In this document: in pieces, positions 7,161 through 13,283 of the stretch
Layout of the letters: every line of letters starts with the position of its first letter
Position numbering within the stretch: the stretch's first letter is position 1
Origin: Planctomycetota bacterium
Lineage (GTDB): Bacteria > Planctomycetota > UBA1135 > UBA2386
Assembly: GCA_947501605.1 (NCBI GenBank)
Contig: CANMWZ010000059.1
Span: forward strand, 1 to 13,283
Length of the DNA: 13,283 nucleotides
Direction: 5' to 3'
Made by a program: the position numbers and the translations under genes
Notes under the pieces: generated by a model
The model's database searches: none
Seen by the model: the letters and a program-made list of their open reading frames with translations, nothing else
Told to the model about the DNA's origin: nothing

Positions 7161-8267
7161 CACTTCTTCTCCGAACTTCGTTGCTTCAAATAGGCGTCGA
7201 TGAATGGGTCAAGATGCCCGTCGAGCACACCCTGCACGTCGGATGTCTCACACTCCGTACGCATGTCCTTGCACATCTGGTACGGCTGCAGCACGTAGCT
7301 GCGGATCTGGTTGCCCCAACTGATCGAACCGCGATCGCCATAGAACTTGGCTAGCTCGGCTTCGCGCTTGCTCAACTCCAACTGGTAGAGCTTGCCGCGG
7401 AGCGTCTTCATCGCCGACTCGCGGTTCTTGTGCTGGCTTCGCTCTGCCTGGCAGGCGACGACGATGCCGGTCGGCATGTGCGTGATGCGGATGGCTGATT
7501 CGGTCTTGTTGACGTGCTGGCCACCGGCACCCGAACTGCGATAGGTGTCGACCTTCAGATCCTCTTTGCGAATCTCGATCTTCACGTCGTCGTCGAACTC
7601 AGGCACGACTTCGACCGAGGCGAACGATGTCTGTCGTCGCGCCTGACCGTCGAACGGCGAGATGCGCACGAGACGATGCACGCCTTGCTCGGCCTTGAGG
7701 CGTCCATAGGCGAACGGACCCTGCACGCGGATGGTGGCGTTCTTGATGCCCGCCTCCTCGGCCGCCTGGTAGTCCATCTCTTCGATGATGTACTCGTGCT
7801 TGGGCGCCCACTTCACGTACATGCGCAGCAGCATCTCCGCCCAATCGTTGGCGTCGACGCCGCCGGCACCCGGCTGCAGCGTGATGATCGCGTTCATGCG
7901 ATCGTGCTCACCGCCCAGCATCAGCTGGAACTCGAGCGCATCGACTTCCGCCTGGATCTTGTTCTCGGTCTCGACGAGATCGCCGTCTACGGCCGACGGA
8001 TCGTCCTGACCGAGCTCGATCAGGACACCGCCGTCCTCGATCAGCTTCTTGATGCGGTCAACAGGCTCGATCACGCTGGTGCAGAGCTTCTTCTGCTCCA
8101 TCAGTTTCTGGGCGCCCTCGGCGTCGTCCCAGAAACCGGGCTGCGTCATCTGGTGCTCGATGCGGGCAAGTTCACGATGGCGTAGTTCGTAGTCAAAGAG
8201 ACACCTTGACCTGATCGACGCGCAGCTGTGCCTTCTTCATTGCAGTGATGTGCTCTTGGATGCCCAT
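7160..8267 (-). CDS. prfB: Peptide chain release factor 2, translated via programmed +1 frameshift (about 368 aa)
   Basis: SPF motif (VRISPFD), GGQ (SSGAGGQHVNKTESA), GVHRLVR, WGNQIRSYV. A 24-codon first frame ATG 8267 MGIQEHITAMKKAQLRVDQVKVSL ends at CTT TGA C, then continues +1 as DYELRHRELARIEHQMTQPGFWD. Confidence 0.96.
8192..8207 (-). promoter_or_regulatory. RF2 programmed +1 ribosomal frameshift site
   Basis: Minus strand AAGGTG-TCT-CTT-TGA-C: internal SD-like hexamer, 3-nt spacer, CTT TGA C slip site. Confidence 0.95.
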
Positions 8268-8340
8268 GGGACGGAGGATTGAACCGTCACCACGGCGAGT
8301 TTCCAGGGCGCATCGCTATCGCTCTCGAGCCGAGAGGATC

Positions 8341-8373
8341 GCCGCGCGTCGCCGGTAGGGCGCGACGCGCGGC
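8341..8373. repeat. Perfect 12-bp inverted repeat (hairpin) upstream of prfB
   Basis: GCCGCGCGTCGC (8341-8352) / GCGACGCGCGGC (8362-8373), 9-nt loop. Confidence 0.7.
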
Positions 8374-8377
8374 AGCA

Positions 8378-8497
8378 GCCGACTTCAGCGGCAACAAAAG
8401 AACCTGCGACGGGCACTGCAGGCAAAGGATCGAAGTCGGCGAATCAAGGCCCGTCGCAGGTCAGTGTTCGATATGCAACCGCTGGCAGATGATCGGC
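8378..8497. other. Long nested inverted-repeat structure; on the minus strand a 13-bp stem followed by a U-rich tract (terminator/attenuator-like or small RNA)
   Basis: ACCTGCGACGGGC (8402-8414) / GCCCGTCGCAGGT (8449-8461). Outer pairs AACA/TGTT, CAGCGG (8386-8391)/CCGCTG (8479-8484), GCCGA (8378-8382)/TCGGC (8493-8497). The minus-strand stem is followed by TCTTTTGTT. Confidence 0.5.
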
Positions 8498-8705
8498 GAC
8501 TCGCAACCACGCATTAGCGATCAACGGCGCGGGGCCCAGCCAGGCACAACGACACTGCGCACGATTCGCCCTCGCATCGACGGATCGGCCCCGAACGCGG
8601 CCGCAAGAAAACTCCAGACCACCCGACGGGGCCTCGTGGGCACGCCCAGTCGCGACGCAAAGCGGGACGCGGGGCGGCGGCGGACTGCTGCACCAAGCAA
8701 CAAGG

Positions 8706-8807
8706 GCGCGCCGGCATCGTGCCCGGCGCGCGGAGCGACTCTGGTTCGGCTGGCAGCCGTCGCAGCAGGCGCGCACGACCAGCGCGGTGGACATCGCCCC
8801 CGCGCTG
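8706..8807 (-). terminator. Two GC-rich hairpins downstream of the Fis-like gene; possible terminator or REP-like elements
   Basis: CAGCGCGG (8780-8787)/CCGCGCTG (8800-8807); GCGCGCCGG (8706-8714)/CCGGCGCGC (8723-8731), the latter followed on the minus strand by a weak CCTTGTTGCTT tail. Confidence 0.35.
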
Positions 8808-8822
8808 CACTCGCGGCAGGAA

Positions 8823-9236
8823 CTAGCCCGGGTTCTGGGCCGTGCCGAGCGTCGAAAGACGCCGCGCGACCGTGTCGGACGAGCGGTAGCTCTTGAGCTT
8901 GTTGTAGAGTGTCTTGGTGTCGATCCCGAGGACGCGCGCGGCGCGCGTCTTGTTGCCCGAGGTCGAGGCGAGCACGCGCATGATGTGCCGCTTCTCGACT
9001 TCAGCCAGCGGGAGCTTCAGAACCTCTTCGTCGGTGCTCGAGGCCAGCACCTTTCGGATCGCCGAAGAGGGCTCGACAAGCACCATGTCGAGGTCGGCGC
9101 CTTCGATTCGTCCGCGGAGTTCGTCGAACGACTCGCAGGCCGTCGTGAGACACCCCCAGGGCGCCGTGGCGGCCTGCAGAGAGGCCGCCTTGGGATCGCG
9201 AGCAGAGAAGAGCAAGAGTCGCTTACCGATTGCCAT
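8823..9236 (-). CDS. Small Fis-family (HTH_8) DNA-binding protein with a truncated, degenerate receiver-like N-terminus, 137 aa
   Basis: C-terminal [43 protein letters not shown] is a classic NtrC/Fis HTH. N-terminal KRLLLF...[26 protein letters not shown] resembles receiver beta1 to beta3. Start at ATG 9236 (codon 41 of the track ORF). Confidence 0.8.
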   Translation of the reverse strand: MAIGKRLLLFSARDPKAASLQAATAPWGCLTTACESFDELRGRIEGADLDMVLVEPSSAIRKVLASSTDEEVLKLPLAEVEKRHIMRVLASTSGNKTRAARVLGIDTKTLYNKLKSYRSSDTVARRLSTLGTAQNPG

Positions 9237-9370
9237 GGTCAGGATCCGAACTTTGTGAGGTGCTCGGGTTGAACTGGGGGCCTGGGGGTTGGGGCTGCCC
9301 GTCTTCCTAAGCAGGGGAGTAGAATGCCGGGCCCGACCGCCTTTGGGGCTACGCACTTGGTGGTAGCGTA

Positions 9371-9411
9371 AAACTGCCCTGTTGTTGTAAACGCCGTGTT
9401 AAGAGCAGTTT
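9371..9411. promoter_or_regulatory. AT-rich inverted repeat / putative promoter region upstream of the Fis-like gene
   Basis: AAACTGCCCT (9371-9380)/AGAGCAGTTT (9402-9411), 9/10 complementary. The minus strand reads TTTACA-N15-TACGCT (short spacing). Confidence 0.3.
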
Positions 9412-9559
9412 GGCGACTGGGCGCGCCGGATTGGGGTGGCCCACCACGCATGGTGGCGGGCGAGAACTCCATAGCGGCCCTACGCCAGCCGCGGCGGCAT
9501 TGCGAGACGCAGTCCCAATGATTGCCAGTACGACCAGAGCCATCTGGCCCGAACCCGGC

Positions 9560-10393
9560 TCAGTCGAAGGTCTTGTGGCTGAGCGAAAGATGGCCCTTGC
9601 CGGAGTGCATCACGAGCTCCGTACGGCCGTCGCCCCGCTGCCCGACCATCCAACTGCTGAACCCTTCGCGTTCCATGGCTAGGCCGAAGCCATTCGCCAA
9701 CTTGCCGGTCTGCGTTCTGGCCTCGACGCGAAACTGGGTGGCTGGTGGCACCAGGCACTGCACATTGCCCATGCCGGTAACGAGCCGCAATCGCGCCGCG
9801 GGCTCGCGCACGAAGACCTGCATGTCACCCACGTCGAGGTTCACATCGAGGTCCCCACTGTGGTCGTCAGCGATGATGTTGCCGCGGCCCGAATGGAGCT
9901 TGGCCGTGCCGCGCGTGCGCTTCATTCGCAGATCGCCGCGCCCGCAGTCGAGCTCGATTGCAGCGCTGCGGTCGTTGATCGACAGGTTGCCGCTGCCACT
10001 GACGATCAGCGACACCGCGAGCCCCTCGGGCACCTCGAGAATGAGTTCGACCGCGAGGACGCCCATGTCGGCACCCTGGGGGCGGGACGGACCACGGAGC
10101 ACCAAGGTGTCGGCGGATGGTGACTCTGCGGCCACGAGTTCGGTGCCTTGACCCTCGAATCGCTGCAGTTGCTCCGCGGTGTCGGCCGCGCGACGCACCT
10201 GTCCGCGATAGCCGACGGCGCCAACCTTGCCCTGATTGACCTCGATACTGCCGTTCTGGATCTCGACCCGCACCTGTGTCACGCCGGCGGGGATCACAAG
10301 CTCACCCTGCATTGGCGCCATCGAGCGGTGCCCGAGACCACCCGTGCATGCCGTGAAGAGTGCCAACAGTGCGACTGCGAGGTGCCGTGCCAT
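9560..10393 (-). CDS. DUF4097-like (beta-solenoid) lipoprotein, about 277 aa
   Basis: Signal with lipobox MARHLAVALLALFTA-C; repeated beta-turn units QNGSIEV, GSGNLSI, GRGDLRM, GRGNIIA, DVGDMQV, GMGNVQC, QTGKLAN, GKGHLSL; LILEVPEG. Alternative start ATG 10405. Confidence 0.75.
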   Translation of the reverse strand: MARHLAVALLALFTACTGGLGHRSMAPMQGELVIPAGVTQVRVEIQNGSIEVNQGKVGAVGYRGQVRRAADTAEQLQRFEGQGTELVAAESPSADTLVLRGPSRPQGADMGVLAVELILEVPEGLAVSLIVSGSGNLSINDRSAAIELDCGRGDLRMKRTRGTAKLHSGRGNIIADDHSGDLDVNLDVGDMQVFVREPAARLRLVTGMGNVQCLVPPATQFRVEARTQTGKLANGFGLAMEREGFSSWMVGQRGDGRTELVMHSGKGHLSLSHKTFD

Positions 10394-10461
10394 GGGGATG
10401 TCCATTCCGATTCGGTGCGGGAGAACGGTGGGCCGCCGGTCGGCCCCGCTCCGCCGCTGGC

Positions 10462-10490
10462 TACAACTCCTCGCGGGGCGCGGAGTTTTA
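10462..10490. promoter_or_regulatory. Palindromic element between divergent genes; candidate bidirectional ECF promoter or operator
   Basis: TACAACTCC-N11-GGAGTTTTA (8/9 complementary); reads AAC-N17-GTT on both strands. Confidence 0.4.
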
Positions 10491-10603
10491 AGCCCACGGT
10501 CGCGTTGGCGGTGGCCTACATTTGCCCGGGTCTCGGGTCCGATGCCGCTGCAGCGGTCGTTCGGGCCGACGATCATGGCGCCTTCCTCGACCTGCCGTCC
10601 AGC

Positions 10604-11164
10604 ATGCCCTCCCGAGTTGCGCAACACGAACCGGATCCCGCGACCATGGTGGCCTACCACCGGGCGCTCACGGAACACGCAGACGGCCTGAAGTCGTTCG
10701 CCGCACGAATGCTCAGCGACGCCACCGCCGCCGAGGATGTCGCCCAGGACAGCTTTCTCGCGCTGTACCGCCACCTCGAGCAGGTCCCACCCGCAGCCTA
10801 CCGACCGTGGCTCTACCGCGTGGCGCGCAATCTCTGCCTCGACCAACTCCGTCGGCGGAAGTTCAAGCTCAGCCTGTTTGGCGACCTCTCGCGCGACGAC
10901 GACCAGCCGTTCATCCCGAGCGCCACGGACAACCAGCGGCCCGACCAACTGGCCGAAACTCGCGAGGCCAACGACTCGATCGAGAAGGCCATCCAGCAGT
11001 TGCCCGCGAAGTTCCGCGAGGCGTTCCTGCTTTGTGAGATCGACGGGCTCAGCTACGAGGACGCATCCGCAGTTCTCGGTTGCCCGGTCAAGACGGTGTC
11101 GACGCGGTTGTTCCGCGCCCGCCAACGCTTCAAGTCACTGGTCAGCCGTTTGATCAAGGTGTGA
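10604..11164 (+). CDS. ECF (sigma-70 group 4) RNA polymerase sigma factor
   Basis: Region 2 AEDVAQDSFLALY and YRPWLYRVARNLCLDQLRRRK; region 4 IQQLPAKFREAFLLCEIDGLSYEDASAVLGCPVKTVSTRLFRAR. Start ATG 10604 or 10646. Confidence 0.93.
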   Translation: MPSRVAQHEPDPATMVAYHRALTEHADGLKSFAARMLSDATAAEDVAQDSFLALYRHLEQVPPAAYRPWLYRVARNLCLDQLRRRKFKLSLFGDLSRDDDQPFIPSATDNQRPDQLAETREANDSIEKAIQQLPAKFREAFLLCEIDGLSYEDASAVLGCPVKTVSTRLFRARQRFKSLVSRLIKV

Positions 11165-11174
11165 TGGGGCCATC

Positions 11175-12368
11175 ATGAACTGCCGCACCTGCCAACACGA
11201 ACTCTCCGAGTATCTCGACGGACGCTTGGCGTCGGGTCGCCGCTCCCAGGTGCTCGACCACCTCACCGAGTGCACGACCTGCTCCACCTTTTGGCGTGAG
11301 CTCGAGCTCGCCCAGGAATCACTGCAGCGACTGCACCGCCAACGCACCGGTCCCGACTTTCGCGAGCGACTGTTCGCGCGCATCGAAGCCGGCGAAGGCA
11401 CACCGCCCGCGGTGTTTCGCGAGCCGATTCCGCTGGTGACCAAGCTGCGCTACACGCTCAGCGGCGCCGCCGCCGCGGCCGCAGTGTTGATCGTCGCCTC
11501 ACTGCTGAAGACGAGCCCGATCGTCGAGAACTCGCCCGCCGACTCGACGGCGATCGTCGCCTCGGCCGCGCCGGATCGCACCCCACCGGCCACCTTTGGG
11601 GGCCTCGCAATGGAGCCGCGCAACGCCAGGCTCGCGGTCGACTCGAAGGAACCGAGCTACGTCGCCTCGGCCGCGGCCTCACCGCTCGCACCTCGCGACC
11701 AGAACGCGCTGATGGGTGCAGTCAAGCCGCTGACTCCGGACCTGCTCGCGGTCGAAACGGCGCGCCAGTTCGAGCAGCGCCACCAGTGGACTTCGCACTG
11801 TCTCACGCTGCTCGATGGCGGCCTCGGCGACGACGCCATGGCCGCCAAGATCTGCGATGACGCGGAGTCGCTGGGCCGCCTCGGCGGTGTGCTGGTCGAA
11901 CTGCGCGACTCGCGCTGCCTCAGCTTCGCCGACCCGCAAGTCGACACCGACCTGCGAGTGTTCATGACTCTGCTCGACGGGGAGCGCATGCGGGAGCAAA
12001 GCCACTCGGTCGAACTGGTCCGTTCCGTGGTCGCGCCCGCCATGCGCAAGAGCCCCAACCTCGGCCGCCTCACACGCTCGCTCAGCGTGACCCCGAGTCT
12101 CGACCGCGGCGAGCAGCAAGCGCACGTGCAGCGCATCGCCCGCGCGTGGCCCGAACTGATCGACCAGATCTTCTTCGTGCTGCCGAGCCAACCGGACACG
12201 GCGCAGTTCGGACCAATAGAACTCAGCCGGACGTTCGTGTTCAGCGACGAGTGCGGCCCGGTGTATGTGGCGCCGATGAGCGAACTGCAGGGGCCGGAGA
12301 TGGTGTTCCAGCGCCTTCGCCGCAACCTCCAGATCCGCATCGAGTCGCGCTCGAGTAGCAGTCGCTGA
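11175..12368 (+). CDS. Zinc-finger (ZAS/zf-HC2) transmembrane anti-sigma factor with a large C-terminal extracytoplasmic domain, 397 aa
   Basis: MNCRTCQHELSEYLDGRL...HLTECTTC (Hx3Cx2C); single hydrophobic segment YTLSGAAAAAAVLIVASLL; starts 10 nt after the sigma stop. Confidence 0.88.
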   Translation: MNCRTCQHELSEYLDGRLASGRRSQVLDHLTECTTCSTFWRELELAQESLQRLHRQRTGPDFRERLFARIEAGEGTPPAVFREPIPLVTKLRYTLSGAAAAAAVLIVASLLKTSPIVENSPADSTAIVASAAPDRTPPATFGGLAMEPRNARLAVDSKEPSYVASAAASPLAPRDQNALMGAVKPLTPDLLAVETARQFEQRHQWTSHCLTLLDGGLGDDAMAAKICDDAESLGRLGGVLVELRDSRCLSFADPQVDTDLRVFMTLLDGERMREQSHSVELVRSVVAPAMRKSPNLGRLTRSLSVTPSLDRGEQQAHVQRIARAWPELIDQIFFVLPSQPDTAQFGPIELSRTFVFSDECGPVYVAPMSELQGPEMVFQRLRRNLQIRIESRSSSSR

Positions 12369-12465
12369 GCGAGCGGCCGCAGCCGCGCGATTGCGACGGT
12401 GCCGGGGCAACTTCGGCGCGACCTGCGGCTAGCATCGCAGGCCGCCCGCCCCGAGCCCGCCAGCG

Positions 12466-13283
12466 ATGCCCCCGATCCACGCCGTCCTGAGTTCCTGCGT
12501 TCTGTTTGCAGCCGCCGTGCACGCCCCGATGTGCCCCGCGACATCGCCTCCGCTCCCAGCTGCGATCGCAGGCCCGAGCGCGCCGATCGACGACAAGGCG
12601 CTCAAGGCACTGCAGGCGTGGTTGCGAGCCTACCGAGCGGGAAAGGTCGACTTCGCCAGCAAGGCAGCGCTGCGCGGCGACATCATCTCCGAGAAGTTCG
12701 GCGTCGCACCGAAGAGCCAGGTGGGCGACTTCACCGCCGAGCGCGAACTCCAGTCGCTGCTGGAGCAAACTGCAGAGCTGCAGACCGCCCCAGCCGCCGA
12801 GGCGATCCTCACTGTGGCTGCGATCGGACTCGACCGCGGCAAGTTCAAGTACACCGAAGCGATGGTCCCGTTCGCGGTGCGCGAACTGGGCGAGCGCTTT
12901 GCCGCCAAACTGACCGCGGCGCCAGCACTCGATCACGTTCGCAAGATCGCGAGCGGTGAAGAGCAGATCGACAAGGCCTTCGGCGCCGGTGTTCGTGCCG
13001 CCGCCATCCGCATGCTCGGCGCCCGCAAAGAAGTGGCGGCGCGCAGCCTCTGCGAAACGCAGCTGCGCGCCCCCGAGCAGCCCGTGCGTCTTGCCGCGGC
13101 CGAAGCGTTGATGATGGTCGCCGACGAGCTGAGCCTGTCCGCATTGACCGGCGCGCTCGACTCCGAAACCAACGATGCCGTCCTCGGCACCATCGTGCTG
13201 GCGGTTCGCGCCTGCGCCCGCAAGTGGCTGCCGACGGTTGGCGCCGTCGAGTCCATCGCTGCCGAAGAACCCAAGGGCGATGG
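12466..13283 (+). CDS. Secreted HEAT-repeat protein, 3' end outside the window
   Basis: Manual translation: ATG 12466 MPPIHAVLSSCVLFAAAVHA (signal-like), Pro/Ala linker, open to the window end with HEAT-like GVRAAAIRMLG, QLRAPEQPVRLAAAEALMMV, LTGALDSETNDAVLGTIVLAV. Confidence 0.75.
   Translation, partial: MPPIHAVLSSCVLFAAAVHAPMCPATSPPLPAAIAGPSAPIDDKALKALQAWLRAYRAGKVDFASKAALRGDIISEKFGVAPKSQVGDFTAERELQSLLEQTAELQTAPAAEAILTVAAIGLDRGKFKYTEAMVPFAVRELGERFAAKLTAAPALDHVRKIASGEEQIDKAFGAGVRAAAIRMLGARKEVAARSLCETQLRAPEQPVRLAAAEALMMVADELSLSALTGALDSETNDAVLGTIVLAVRACARKWLPTVGAVESIAAEEPKGD

Noticed and set aside
5583..7193. 536-aa and 378-aa plus-strand ORFs
   Set aside because: Antisense shadows of purH; Arg/Ala-rich with no motifs.
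8264..8335. tRNA-like 3' end on the minus strand (GGTTCAATCC...CCA)
   Set aside because: The T-stem does not pair in register, no acceptor, D or anticodon arms can be built, and it runs into the prfB start codon.
8378..8497. 6S RNA
   Set aside because: Rod-with-bulge shape is suggestive, but it is shorter than typical and I see no 6S-conserved sequence blocks; kept only as an unassigned structure.
8620..8700. c-di-GMP-I riboswitch suggested by GACGCAAAGC
   Set aside because: No upstream GGCAAA plus GNRA-capped P2, and no plus-strand gene downstream.
8279..8896. ORFs in the prfB/Fis-like spacer (205, 116, 98, 60 aa)
   Set aside because: Low-complexity Arg/Ala/Pro translations, non-ATG starts, no codon bias, and they span multiple hairpins.
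9300..9425. Sigma54 promoter near the NtrC-type HTH gene
   Set aside because: No TGGCAC-N5-TTGC match with correct GG-N10-GC context on either strand.
10148..11125. Long overlapping 5' extensions of the DUF4097 (521 aa) and sigma (338 aa) ORFs
   Set aside because: Each extension is antisense to the other gene; the lipobox and sigma region 2 fix much later starts.

Overview
GC-rich bacterial chromosomal window. Secreted HEAT-repeat proteins, an ECF sigma/ZAS anti-sigma pair and often weak Shine-Dalgarno (SD) signals suggest a Planctomycetota-like host; this is an inference. Left to right: a 3'-truncated secreted HEAT-repeat gene (-); an orphan DGQHR (DndB/ParB-like) gene (+) convergent with a COG1373-type AAA_14/DUF4143 ATPase-nuclease (-), which is preceded by 23-bp-period direct repeats; a housekeeping run on the minus strand (prfB with a canonical +1 frameshift, purH, a hypothetical gene, yggS, nth); a 555-bp hairpin-rich spacer; a small Fis-type HTH protein with a half receiver domain (-); a DUF4097-like lipoprotein (-) divergent from an ECF sigma factor, a zinc-finger anti-sigma and a second secreted HEAT-repeat gene (+, truncated). 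The best candidates for undescribed biology are the DGQHR/AAA-DUF4143 pair with its cis elements (upstream palindrome, H-type pseudoknot filling the convergent gap, iteron-like repeats), the Fis-like protein, the structured region upstream of prfB, and a symmetric AAC-N17-GTT element between the divergent ECF and DUF4097 genes. No CRISPR array, tRNA, rRNA or transposase was seen.
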